A stretch of 64,000 nucleotides of DNA, taken from Nitrosopumilus sp. GTDB lineage: Archaea; Thermoproteota; Nitrososphaeria; Nitrososphaerales; Nitrosopumilaceae. Position numbers and translations under genes: made by a program. Every line of letters starts with the position of its first letter. The first letter of the stretch is position 1. The stretch is from contig OZ243974.1 in the NCBI GenBank assembly GCA_965214775.1, positions 1,696,001 to 1,760,000 of the forward strand, in the 5' to 3' direction. The notes under the pieces were generated by a model, which had not been told where the DNA came from, ran no database searches, and worked only from the letters and a program-made list of their open reading frames with translations. Positions 28,446 to 38,102 of this stretch are shown one piece after another.

Positions 28446-28596
28446 CAGCTAAGCGAAAAGTACCCCAGATCTGACATTATGGAAGGGCTTTGGGCTCCCT
28501 GAGACAAGCCGTCATACCCTCCTTGAACACTAGTATTGTCAAGACGGTCTGAATTCCTTGGTTTTCTGCCTTGCTGGGGTACTTTTCGCTTAGCTG
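28446..28596. mobile_element. MITE family E (CAG-ended, ISH3-like)
   Basis: 22-bp TIR CAGCTAAGCGAAAAGTACCCCA; related copy at 44717-44826, related ends at 28154-28219 and 47611. Confidence 0.75.
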
Positions 28597-28643
28597 GCAG
28601 ACTAAACACAAATTAAACATCCACTTTTAGCTACAACCAGATA

Positions 28644-29708
28644 ATGAATGGTGAAAAATCCAGATTTATGATAGCAAATATCGCCTGGAATAGTAAGGAT
28701 TGGCGCGAGATTGAACCGCCCAATCGAAATGCGGGTTCACGGTATGCTCAAGAAAACTCGCCACACGAATCGTTGAACTTTGACTTTAACAAAAAAGGAG
28801 TAGATACCGAAGAACATGTGTTTGGTTACGTGGAATGGCGTGGAACCCCGCGACGATTCGAGGAGCCTGGAATCATCTTCTTTCATACAAAAAACCTTGA
28901 GAACGGCAAAAACGAAATAGTCGGCGTCTACTGCGGCGCCAGAGTCCTAAGCGAGAAGGAAACAAAAACAGCGTTTTGGAAGGGATTTCAAGACAACAAA
29001 TTGGTTGCAAACATACAAGCCGAAAAAGCAAAATCCGTACTGTTTAAAATCCGTTTGGACGCAAGCAAGTATGAAGACAAGTACTATAAAGGCGAAAGGA
29101 TGGTATCGCGATACTTTCAGTATGTATGGAAGCAGGAGATCGCCGAGGAGATGATAACGGATGAAATTCGAGGAACTGTTAAATCAGATGCAGGGTTTGA
29201 GGAGCTTGACAAACTATCCGTCATTTTTGAGGAGATAACCGGCAAAAAGTGCGTCTGCATTCCAGTGGAAAAAGACAATGATCAAAAAGAGCAGGAAGAA
29301 CTAGAAGAAGATTCCGGCAAGCCGATAAGCAAAGTGGCTGAGGAATTAAAAAAACTAGACTTGGAAGAAAAACCTCCGGAAGTGATTAGGCGTAATGGCA
29401 AAGAATACAAAAGATACAATCTAATCATCGCCCGTTTGAAACAATACCGAAATTACCAATGTCAGATATGTCATATTAAAATCAAGAAAGGAAATGGCGG
29501 TTATTACATAGAGGGGGCGCACATCACCCCAAAGAGAGATAGAGGGGGTGAAAAAACCTCCAACATCATGATCCTATGTCCGAACCACCACAAGGAATTT
29601 GATTACGGAAATATTGAGAATATGAGACGTTCCAAAGAACAGGTACGGTTCAAAATGAACGGAAAAGAATATGAGATTGATCTTGAAGTAAAGTCCGTGG
29701 TCAGCTGA
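28644..29708 (+). CDS. HNH endonuclease (type IV restriction-like)
   Basis: C-terminal CQIC...EGAHITP...NIMILCPNHHKEFD. Confidence 0.88.
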   Translation: MNGEKSRFMIANIAWNSKDWREIEPPNRNAGSRYAQENSPHESLNFDFNKKGVDTEEHVFGYVEWRGTPRRFEEPGIIFFHTKNLENGKNEIVGVYCGARVLSEKETKTAFWKGFQDNKLVANIQAEKAKSVLFKIRLDASKYEDKYYKGERMVSRYFQYVWKQEIAEEMITDEIRGTVKSDAGFEELDKLSVIFEEITGKKCVCIPVEKDNDQKEQEELEEDSGKPISKVAEELKKLDLEEKPPEVIRRNGKEYKRYNLIIARLKQYRNYQCQICHIKIKKGNGGYYIEGAHITPKRDRGGEKTSNIMILCPNHHKEFDYGNIENMRRSKEQVRFKMNGKEYEIDLEVKSVVS

Positions 29709-29899
29709 ACGGGGATAGCCAGCCTTAGAAACACACTGCAATGAGCAGTTTCCGTTTTTGCCAGATTTCTCAGTACATTTTGCTTATCTGCAAGTACAGA
29801 TCCACACATATCAAAGACCGAGTTATATTGGATTTCTGCACCCGTCAACATCCGTCTCAGATGTCAATCTGACTATCAACAATACCCGTACTGTGTACA

Positions 29900-32740
29900 T
29901 TACTGTGACTTTCTGCACTCCCTGCACCAGGACTGCGGCCTGGTCATCCCGTCCACGTTACGAAATCCGAACTTTTCTTCAATCTCCTGTCTGGATGTGG
30001 CAGTCCTGTTGCACTTGGGGCACTTTGCGCTCTCCCTTGCAGATATGTCGGTCTTTGCGTGCCTATCAATTATGCCCCGAACCTCCGAGGGATTAAACGC
30101 CACGTCCCACGTCCAGGTTCCGTAGCTTCCGTCCTCGTTTATGACGTCCACCCACTCTGACAGATACCTCCGCTTTTCCTTGTTCTGGGCGTCGTCGACC
30201 CCCTTGATCTCCAGAACCAGAGTCACGCCGTTGTCCAGCCGGATCAGAAAGTCCGGCCAATAGTCGTGGACTATCCCGTTGTACAGGTACTTGATCACAA
30301 ACCCTATGTGGTCGTTTTTCACCCATGATGTGACGTGTCTGTTCCGCTCCATCTCCTGCCCTGCACCCATCTCCCACTTGGAGTCGTATACTGCCATGTT
30401 GATGTGGGACTTTACCGTGTATTCTGCAGGCTTTTTCGTGTACCACATGCGCATATCGGAGGTGGACTTTACCGGCTTGGCAGGATTCAGATGGATTCGC
30501 CTTGACTCTATGTTGTGATCCTTGATGCTTTTGCAGACGTGCGACACTATCTTTTGCATGTTAAACAGCATGGTCATCTTTGTACGCAGGTCGTCATCTG
30601 TCACGTCGGTAACATCCACCTTTCCCAAGCTTATGAACGCCTCGACCAGCTTCACTATCTGCGCCAAAAGAAACTCCCTGCCCCCCTTCCAGCTTGGTGC
30701 CATGTCGTTGTAGACGTCCCCTGCGGCAACAAAGACTATCCTCTGCAGCCTGATCTCCTTATTCAGCTCGTGCAGGTCGATCTCGGACATCTTGTCCACG
30801 TGCGGCTTGCCTGCCAGGATCTGCGCCATTCCCACCGTCGTGCTTATCCCGTCGCTTTGCAGCTCCAGCGGCTTGATCTTCTTCCAGTCGACTTCAAGCC
30901 TTGGCGAGAAGTCAGTGTCAATCCTGTCTACGTTGGGCCAAGAGATCCTGTGTTGCATCTTACCCGGATCCGGCTCTATGATTGTAGTGGGGATCGGGGG
31001 CGGGGGCGGGTCGCCGTCGCCTCCCTCGTGTGGCAGAAACGTAAATGGAACCCCGAACACGTTGACGTATTCCGGAGAGTACAGGCCGTCCTTGTTTATT
31101 TCATAAGACGTCCTCCGAAGTCCCCTTCCCACCACCTGTTCGCACAGGAGCTGGCTTGAAAATGCCCTCAACCCCATGATGTGCGTGACGTTGCGGGCAT
31201 CCCACCCTTCGGACAGCATCTGCACGGCGATGATGTTTCGAACCTGCTCTCCTGGCCTTCCGGGCTTTCCGACCGTATCCACCTTCTCCCGCAGACTCTC
31301 TGCAGATCCGTCCTTTGACCCCTCCTCTGCCTTGCTCATCGTTGTAGAGTCAATGTGGAGCAGGTGCTCTTGCTCTGCGAGGGACGGCAGATCGAACCTG
31401 TCCTTCTCAAAGGAGTACATTATCCTGGCAGCAGTCTGGGTCTTGTTGCATACTGTAATCATGACCGGGGGAATTTTGGAGCCATTCTCATCCCAGCTCT
31501 TTTTTGTGGCAATCCAGTCCTGGCCCAGAAGGTAATACGCGTTGGACACCAGATCAGGAAGCTTTTCATGTGGTTTTGCGTTTCGATTGAGATCGGGCTT
31601 TACCTCGTCGTCCCTGTACAGGTGGTAGAACCTGGACTTGTAGTCCTTGGAAAACTTGTTTGCGTTGTCCCGGATGGCAATCCTGGGAGTCTTGGTCAGT
31701 CCCGACTCTATGGCATCATTCAGCGAAAAGTCCGATACAATCCAGCCAAACAACGTGTCCTCGGTGACGTTCTTTCCGGACGGAATGAACGGCGTGGCAG
31801 AAAAGTCAAAGCATTTTACAACGTTTCTTGCGTTGTGGATCTTGTCCAGTCCCTCTATCCACCTCTTGTCGCGCTCAAGATCCGTCTTTGATATGTTCTT
31901 TGTCTGGTCTGTGTCTGCACGGTACGCGTGATGGGCCTCGTCGTTTATGACTATTATGTTCCTCAGATCGTGTCCCAGAATCCTCCTTGAGAACGCCCCG
32001 TCGCTTTCAGGTCCCAGCTTTACGACACTTTTTGGAGCGTCGTCCTCCGGCATCAGCGTGTGCCAGTTGTGTATGGTGACTCTTCCCTGAAACAGCCTCT
32101 CATGGAGCGAGTCCGGCACTATTGCAAACTGGTCGTAAAAGTTGTCCGGGTTTGTCGGAAACAGCACCTGCAGGCGCGACTTGACGGTAAGACCCGGCGC
32201 CATGACAAGTATGTTCTTGGAAAAGCGCGCATCCTGCGGGTATGTGGCCTTGTTGATTATATTCCATGCAATCACCATGGCCATCACTATCGTCTTGCCG
32301 GTTCCTGTGGCCATCTTGCAGCACAGCCTCTCAAACGCACCGCCGTCAGACGGAACCATTATCCCCTGCCTTGCCGAATCAGGCGCCTCGGTCATCCAGA
32401 TCAGCGTCTCGATTGCCTCCAGCTGGCAGAAAAACAGCCTGTTCTCCCTTTTGGTTTTGTCGTGCCAGAATCTTAGCAGCTGCCCGGTGACTCCGGTAAC
32501 TCCCGGATAGCCTTCCGTTCTCCAGCCATCCACCCTGTCGCGTATCCTGTTTACAAGCTCCAGCTCCCTGAACTCGCCCGGATCGTCAAAGGATTTGCTG
32601 TCTGCAGACGCCATGAGGAATCCGGCCGGGCGCCTGCCATCGACCAGCTCGAATTTCCTCCTCTGCCGGTCGTACCTCCAGTGCTGGGAGGGCACGTCAT
32701 ACGGACTGCACACTATGAGGTTCTCGATTTGTTCTATCAT
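29900..32740 (-). CDS. res: Type III restriction enzyme Res subunit with C-terminal Zn ribbon
   Basis: MATGTGKT, DEAHH, SATP, EGWD, QVVGRGLR and PDF...LEIKG motifs. Confidence 0.93.
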   Translation of the reverse strand: MIEQIENLIVCSPYDVPSQHWRYDRQRRKFELVDGRRPAGFLMASADSKSFDDPGEFRELELVNRIRDRVDGWRTEGYPGVTGVTGQLLRFWHDKTKRENRLFFCQLEAIETLIWMTEAPDSARQGIMVPSDGGAFERLCCKMATGTGKTIVMAMVIAWNIINKATYPQDARFSKNILVMAPGLTVKSRLQVLFPTNPDNFYDQFAIVPDSLHERLFQGRVTIHNWHTLMPEDDAPKSVVKLGPESDGAFSRRILGHDLRNIIVINDEAHHAYRADTDQTKNISKTDLERDKRWIEGLDKIHNARNVVKCFDFSATPFIPSGKNVTEDTLFGWIVSDFSLNDAIESGLTKTPRIAIRDNANKFSKDYKSRFYHLYRDDEVKPDLNRNAKPHEKLPDLVSNAYYLLGQDWIATKKSWDENGSKIPPVMITVCNKTQTAARIMYSFEKDRFDLPSLAEQEHLLHIDSTTMSKAEEGSKDGSAESLREKVDTVGKPGRPGEQVRNIIAVQMLSEGWDARNVTHIMGLRAFSSQLLCEQVVGRGLRRTSYEINKDGLYSPEYVNVFGVPFTFLPHEGGDGDPPPPPIPTTIIEPDPGKMQHRISWPNVDRIDTDFSPRLEVDWKKIKPLELQSDGISTTVGMAQILAGKPHVDKMSEIDLHELNKEIRLQRIVFVAAGDVYNDMAPSWKGGREFLLAQIVKLVEAFISLGKVDVTDVTDDDLRTKMTMLFNMQKIVSHVCKSIKDHNIESRRIHLNPAKPVKSTSDMRMWYTKKPAEYTVKSHINMAVYDSKWEMGAGQEMERNRHVTSWVKNDHIGFVIKYLYNGIVHDYWPDFLIRLDNGVTLVLEIKGVDDAQNKEKRRYLSEWVDVINEDGSYGTWTWDVAFNPSEVRGIIDRHAKTDISARESAKCPKCNRTATSRQEIEEKFGFRNVDGMTRPQSWCRECRKSQ

Positions 32741-35223
32741 TCCAGATCTATGATTTTCAGCGACTCGATTCCCCTGTCATCTATGATCTTGACTGCGGCC
32801 CTCTTGTTTGGCCCTGTCTCAAACGGGATTGATTCGGTTCCCTGATACTTGGCAATCAGATCCTCGTCAATCTGGGCCTGCAGCGTCTTGGCCAGCCTAC
32901 CCCATCCGCCCGACTTTCCCTCCATGGGAAAGAACACCTGCTGTGGGTAGACGCTTCTGCCATCATAGTCAGTATCCAGCATCCACATTGCGATTTTGGA
33001 GCTGCCGCCGGACTCGATCTCGCCGGTTCTTGTATTGTAATAGTCAAAGCCGTTTACCGTAATCACGCATTTTTTGTCCTTGGTTTTTGTCAACTCGACA
33101 TCGGGCTGGCCCATAAGCCAGAAGGACTCGTTGCTTACTCGCTTGCTTTTCAGATCCTCTGTAAGCAAATCCTTGTTCATCTCGACCTTGAGAACTGTCA
33201 CTCCGGGCCAGTTTAGCTCGTCAATGTCCTTGGCGGCCTCTGGATCAAACTGCATGGCGGCAAAGATCACCATCTCGGCTTTTGGAACCAAGGTTTGGGC
33301 CTCCTCTATTGCAAGTGCTACCTGGCGCTGCTCCAACGGGGCATGCTCCGGGCCAAATGAGATCATCACGCGCTTTTGGCCGTTCTTTGATTCGGCATCC
33401 GCGTGAATCCATTTTGTTGCAGGATGTGATTCGACACGCGTGAATTCGATCTTCTGGCCTGCCTTGCCCCTGATTCCGGCCTTTACCAGCTCGTCACGCC
33501 ACAGTTGTTGGTGGGAGGAATTGTTTTGCATGGTGGCCTGTTCTTGCTGCGGCCTGGACAGGACATCGATACTTTTGACTGTCGGTGATGGCACTGCTTC
33601 AACCGTGAATGGGCCTGATATTCTGGTTCTTGTCTTGTCTGCAATTGGTTGATCAAATAATGTTTCTGTTTTTGTTGGTTCGTTGTTTGCCAGCGACCCC
33701 AACGTTATGTGTGGCATGGTCTCATACTCAAACCCAGATCGTATTCCTTCGGATTCGTTTAATAATCTGTAATAGTCAAATTTGGAGGTCATTATCCTTT
33801 GTTTGGCAATGGTTGTGGCTATCCTTGATGTATCACATGTGATCCATCTACGGCCTAGTTTTTCGGCAACAAATGCGGTAGTTCCAGAGCCACACGTAGG
33901 ATCTAGTACTAGGTCACCAGGATCAGTAGTCATTAGCATTACCCTTTCTAGGATTTTTGGAAGTGTGTGAACCACATAGAGTTTTTTCATGAAACTGTTA
34001 ACGGTGTCTGTCCATATGTTGTGTAGCGATCTGTACTGAAAGTCATCGAAAAATCGAACATAAGCTATTGTGTTGCCAGATTTTCTTATTCTTTTTTTCG
34101 AAGCTAGTACATTCAAGCCATCAATAGAGACTTTCCAATGACCACGCCTTGGTGTGAAGACTTCTCCCTCAAACTCAAATTTTAATGAATCGCCGCCTTC
34201 CGATGTTAAATCTCGCTCACAAAAAATTCTTGCACCCGGAGGAATTTCAGATGGGCTTTCCTTTTCTTTTCTTGTCATATTGCGACGTGTACCGTTTTCG
34301 AGTTCTAAAAATCTGTAAGAAGAATCGTTTACAGGTGAATCTTTTTTGATATATAGATCATGGTATTTAAGTTTGACACGATCCTTTGCATACCAACATA
34401 TGTAATCACACACACTATCCAATTTGCTGCTGGTAGACGAGCTGGTTTTCTGTACTGTGATAATACTAACAAAATTTTCACTTCCGAAAACTTCATCCAT
34501 AATTTCCCTCACATGATGCAAATTTTCATCTGATATCTGAACAAAAACACTTCCGCCTTCAGTCAACAATTTTTTTGATAAGAGCAGCCGATCCCTCAAG
34601 TACGAAAGATATGAATGAATTTCTAGCTCCCATGTATCTCTAAATGCCTTAATCATCTCGGGCTCCTGTGTTAAATCACTATCTTTGCCATCTACCACAT
34701 TTTTTTTGCTTACAAAAGGCTGAAAATTGGAGCCATATTTTATACCATAAGGAGGATCAATGTAGATCATCTGCACCCTTTCCTCCATACCCTCCTTCTC
34801 CAAGAGAGAATTCATCACCAAAAGCGAATCACCCGCAATTAGTCTGTTGGACCAGTTCTGGTCATGCTTGTAAAACTCGACTGCGTCTCTCAGCGGTGGA
34901 TTGCTGTCTGAAGTTTCAAAGTAGTGAAATAACGTGTGTTGCGTTTCCTGTTTATTCTTCATTGTCTTTTCAAGGATCGTATGTGGATCGATCCTTTCAT
35001 GCACATGTAGAGAAACCGTATCCACCTTAAACTCCGTGTTTTCCTGCTTGCCTGACCACTGCAGTTGGGGATCCAACCTTGGGTCATACGAGTATTTTTT
35101 TCGGGGCTGGTCAGGATCTGTCTGATGGGTGACCAGACCAACCGGCGGGTTGTTTGGCCTCTTTTTATCCTCGTGTGTGTACTGCTCTACTGATTCCTTT
35201 TCCGGTTTTGCCTTTCTTGCCAA
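32737..35223 (-). CDS. mod: Type III adenine DNA methyltransferase Mod
   Basis: IYIDPPY and VLDPTCGSGTT motifs; overlaps the res start. Confidence 0.95.
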   Translation of the reverse strand: MARKAKPEKESVEQYTHEDKKRPNNPPVGLVTHQTDPDQPRKKYSYDPRLDPQLQWSGKQENTEFKVDTVSLHVHERIDPHTILEKTMKNKQETQHTLFHYFETSDSNPPLRDAVEFYKHDQNWSNRLIAGDSLLVMNSLLEKEGMEERVQMIYIDPPYGIKYGSNFQPFVSKKNVVDGKDSDLTQEPEMIKAFRDTWELEIHSYLSYLRDRLLLSKKLLTEGGSVFVQISDENLHHVREIMDEVFGSENFVSIITVQKTSSSTSSKLDSVCDYICWYAKDRVKLKYHDLYIKKDSPVNDSSYRFLELENGTRRNMTRKEKESPSEIPPGARIFCERDLTSEGGDSLKFEFEGEVFTPRRGHWKVSIDGLNVLASKKRIRKSGNTIAYVRFFDDFQYRSLHNIWTDTVNSFMKKLYVVHTLPKILERVMLMTTDPGDLVLDPTCGSGTTAFVAEKLGRRWITCDTSRIATTIAKQRIMTSKFDYYRLLNESEGIRSGFEYETMPHITLGSLANNEPTKTETLFDQPIADKTRTRISGPFTVEAVPSPTVKSIDVLSRPQQEQATMQNNSSHQQLWRDELVKAGIRGKAGQKIEFTRVESHPATKWIHADAESKNGQKRVMISFGPEHAPLEQRQVALAIEEAQTLVPKAEMVIFAAMQFDPEAAKDIDELNWPGVTVLKVEMNKDLLTEDLKSKRVSNESFWLMGQPDVELTKTKDKKCVITVNGFDYYNTRTGEIESGGSSKIAMWMLDTDYDGRSVYPQQVFFPMEGKSGGWGRLAKTLQAQIDEDLIAKYQGTESIPFETGPNKRAAVKIIDDRGIESLKIIDLE

Positions 35224-35353
35224 CTGCTTACCGCCCTGTCGAAAATCTCATCAAAGCCTGATCGTCGAAACTGTATGTATCTTGTATATATTTTGTAGCT
35301 AACATGTAATAATTCAGAAAAGTGCAGGCGGGACTCAGCTACAGGATACGTAC

Positions 35354-35626
35354 ATGAAGAAAGATTTGGATGCACAACTTGGCATGGTCAAGGGGAGCAA
35401 GCATAGAAAGAGCGTGTTGGTGGCAATAGTGGATGGGCCACTGTGTCCCAAGGAGATCTCGGAGAAAGTCGGTTATTATCCCAGCCACGTGAGCAAAGCC
35501 TTGTCTGAGTTGAGCAGTCAAGGACTGGTCGTGTGCAAGAACCCAGATGCCAGAAAGGGAAGGCTGTACCGCCTTACAAAAGACGGGGAATCCATTTGTG
35601 CCATGCTGTCCAATTGTGATAAGTGA
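35354..35626 (+). CDS. Winged-HTH (ArsR/MarR-like) regulator, divergent from mod
   Basis: PKEISEK...SHVSKALSEL...GLV...KGRLYRLT. Confidence 0.85.
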   Translation: MKKDLDAQLGMVKGSKHRKSVLVAIVDGPLCPKEISEKVGYYPSHVSKALSELSSQGLVVCKNPDARKGRLYRLTKDGESICAMLSNCDK

Positions 35627-35652
35627 CTGCCTGCAAGACAGCCGCAGACGGC

Positions 35653-35943
35653 CTATCTTGCCCTTGAGGAGGCCTGGTCTATCATGCCGCCTATTTTTTT
35701 GAGCCGTCCTGCGATGTACTTTTGCCTGTCGCTTTTTGAAAAGTACCTGGCGCGCTCCAGCATATCATCCAGGTATTTTGAGAGCACCCTGTCAAAGTTC
35801 CGGTCTATGATCCGCGCCGCCTTGTGCAGGTTCTGCACGTTCAGGTTCTCAAGATCATCCTTTCTTCCAAGAAAGTACTGTGAGTTGCCTGCCAGCAGGT
35901 ACAGGTATTCCACACCTTGCCTCCTCTTTATGAACACGCCCAT
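35653..35943 (-). CDS. Small integrase-associated protein, homologue of 21722-22006
   Basis: MGVFIKRRQGVEYLYLLAGNSQYFLGR. Confidence 0.75.
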   Translation of the reverse strand: MGVFIKRRQGVEYLYLLAGNSQYFLGRKDDLENLNVQNLHKAARIIDRNFDRVLSKYLDDMLERARYFSKSDRQKYIAGRLKKIGGMIDQASSRAR

Positions 35944-35951
35944 GATATCAC

Positions 35952-36009
35952 TGTATCATGTCACATGATAAATCTTTAAATAAAGCTTTGTATCATGTAA
36001 CATGATACA
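35952..36009. promoter_or_regulatory. Two 21-bp palindromic operators flanking a TATA-like core
   Basis: TGTATCATGTCACATGATAAA and TGTATCATGTAACATGATACA around CTTTAAATAAAG. Confidence 0.7.
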
Positions 36010-36011
36010 CA

Positions 36012-37280
36012 ATGAGCGGCTTGAAAGGTAAAATAGCAGCGTGCGGTACATATCGCAAGGATGAAGTCGCCGAGAGGCAGACCGATATGGGAAAAACAAA
36101 GACAGTCAAGACAGACACTGCCAAGAACACAAAGACATCGATACTCCTGTCGGATCCCGACGTGAGCCGCTGGTACGACAACCTTGCGCGGGGCAGCCTG
36201 TATACAGCAAGCAGGGGCCTTGGCCTGCTCGGAAGGTTCTGCGAGATGCACCAGATGACGCCCGGACAGCTTGCCGCTCTTGGGATGAGGGACGTCAGGA
36301 CGGTAACGGACTTGCTGGAGGACCACGTCACCATGATGGAGTCCAAGAACTACTCTCCGGGATACGTTGCAAACCACGTAAAGACCGTAAAGTCGTGGCT
36401 GAGGCACTTTGACGTCGAGATCAGGCGCAGGATAAAGATATCCGCGATGGGTCCGGCGCCAGTCCTCGAAAACGAGAGGGTTCCAAATGCTGCCGAGATG
36501 GCCGAGATATACAGCCGCGCGGGGCTGCGCGAGTCTGCCATAATATCGCTGATGGCAAAGGCCGGACTCCGGCCCGAGGTCATCGGCAACTATGACGGAA
36601 CAGACGGCCTGCAGATGCGGGATCTTCCAGATATCGTCACACACAGGGGCGAGGCCAAGTGCGTCAGGGCGCCGTGCACGATAGTGATCCGGAGGACCCT
36701 GTCCAAGGCGCGTCACCAGTACTTTACGTTCCTGACGGGTACTGCGACAGGGCAGATAACTGCATACCTCAACGACAGGATCGCGCACGGCGAGTCGCTG
36801 AACGATGACTCGCCTGTGATATCGCCTGATCACCTGCACAGGACAAGCCGCGGAAGGAACTCTGCCAAGACCTTTCTTCCGACAAGCAGGGTGAGCAAGC
36901 TTGTGCGGGAGACGTTCAGGCCGAGGTTCTCTTGGAGGCCGTACGTGCTGCGCGCGTACTTTGACACGCAGCTGCTCATAGCGGAGGCCAAGGGCAAGAT
37001 GGCGCACGACTTTAGGGTGTTCTTCATGGGGCACAAGGGAAGCATGGAGGCCCGGTACACCACCAACAAGGGCGTGCTGCCCGAGGTCCTGGTAGCAGAG
37101 ATGCGCCAGGCCTTTGGCCGCTCCGAGGAGCACCTGGATCAGAGCGAGGTAGCAGATCCCCTCATGGAGCAGAGGGAGAGGGCCCAGCAGATGATCACAG
37201 AGGCCACGCCGGAGCAGATTGGCCGCGTGCTAGAGGCACTAAGCGTGCCGGCAAGACGGGCCAAGCCAGGTTGTGGCTGA
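36012..37280 (+). CDS. Tyrosine integrase, paralogue of 22108-23427
   Basis: AGLRPE, RPYVLR, FMGHKG and ARY motifs; colinear with the first integrase. Confidence 0.93.
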   Translation: MSGLKGKIAACGTYRKDEVAERQTDMGKTKTVKTDTAKNTKTSILLSDPDVSRWYDNLARGSLYTASRGLGLLGRFCEMHQMTPGQLAALGMRDVRTVTDLLEDHVTMMESKNYSPGYVANHVKTVKSWLRHFDVEIRRRIKISAMGPAPVLENERVPNAAEMAEIYSRAGLRESAIISLMAKAGLRPEVIGNYDGTDGLQMRDLPDIVTHRGEAKCVRAPCTIVIRRTLSKARHQYFTFLTGTATGQITAYLNDRIAHGESLNDDSPVISPDHLHRTSRGRNSAKTFLPTSRVSKLVRETFRPRFSWRPYVLRAYFDTQLLIAEAKGKMAHDFRVFFMGHKGSMEARYTTNKGVLPEVLVAEMRQAFGRSEEHLDQSEVADPLMEQRERAQQMITEATPEQIGRVLEALSVPARRAKPGCG

Positions 37281-37445
37281 TGCAGCCGAGGCCGAGGAGC
37301 TGATATCCCGTGGATGCAGGTTCGTCGGCATACTGCCCAACGGCAAGGTGGTGCTGGAAAGGCAGGACGTGAACCCGCAGTAGGTTCACATCTGGGAAGA
37401 CTGCTGTTACAAGAATATTAAAATTCAGGGAATTTTAGTAATTTT

Positions 37446-38081
37446 TTGATGTCTGAAGAGAAAAAAGAATCCAAAGCAGACGAAAAAGCAGCCAAAGACG
37501 CATCTGTCAAAGCTGAATCATTAGCAAAAGCAGCAGAGGCTGCTGAAAATGCTGTTAAAGAAGCACTGGCAAAAGCCAAATCTGCAAAGGCAGAAGCAGA
37601 AGCAGCAGCAGAAGCTGAATACAAAGCAATTGCAGCTGAAGTAAAGGCCGATGCTGCAAAAGCACCTGACTATACCTTCAAGAGACAAGGCGAAGAGATC
37701 TTTAGACGCGAAATGGGCGAGCCTGAATTTTGGCTAGAAAAAGAAGACAGATTCCCAAGACCTATCCTGACTGCCGATCAACAAGAGTCCCTTACAAGAC
37801 AGGCAGAAATTCCACAGGATCAAACTCCTGAATACAATCCTCAACGCGTACTTAGTCCGGAATTTGGCGGCGTTTCAAACTATGAACGCGGCGTCAACAG
37901 GTTTTTAGAAGAGGCCAAACAAAATCTTCAACACTTGAAAAACAATCCAGAGGCAACTGAGAACGACATCAAAAACGCTGAAGACAAAATCGTTTACTTG
38001 GAATCCTTACATGAAAACTACTATATCGGAATGAATGTTTTCCGAACAGCCAAGGGCGGACGAGAAAAAATTAGGGCTTGA
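37446..38081 (+). CDS. Hypothetical protein with Ala/Lys/Glu-rich N-terminus
   Basis: 211-aa ORF with host-like codon usage, upstream of the hemA-like gene. Confidence 0.75.
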   Translation: MMSEEKKESKADEKAAKDASVKAESLAKAAEAAENAVKEALAKAKSAKAEAEAAAEAEYKAIAAEVKADAAKAPDYTFKRQGEEIFRREMGEPEFWLEKEDRFPRPILTADQQESLTRQAEIPQDQTPEYNPQRVLSPEFGGVSNYERGVNRFLEEAKQNLQHLKNNPEATENDIKNAEDKIVYLESLHENYYIGMNVFRTAKGGREKIRA

Positions 38082-38102
38082 TGGTGTGGCGGTGTAAGGC
38101 AA

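Larger units (their letters stand above)
28225..37403. mobile_element. MITE family D carrying an inserted ~9-kb integrative element (28344-37390)
   Basis: Outer TIR CAGTCTTCCCAGA/TCTGGGAAGACTG with CTGTT TSD; inner 11-bp duplication TCTGGGAAGAC; palindromic GACGTGAACC-N7-GGTTCACRTC at both junctions. Confidence 0.72.

Noticed and set aside
22206-36100. 45-bp repeats as att sites of an SSV-type split integrase
   Set aside because: Excision would remove two tRNA genes, and each copy has its own upstream module.
35976-37133. 385-aa antisense ORF over the integrase, and similar ORFs at 62629-63564, 15219-15833 and 30515-31159
   Set aside because: Shadow ORFs on GC-rich genes with no recognisable motifs.
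23807-37403. tRNA-Asp as attachment site of the second integrase element
   Set aside because: No copy of the tRNA-Asp 3' end was found near the second integrase.
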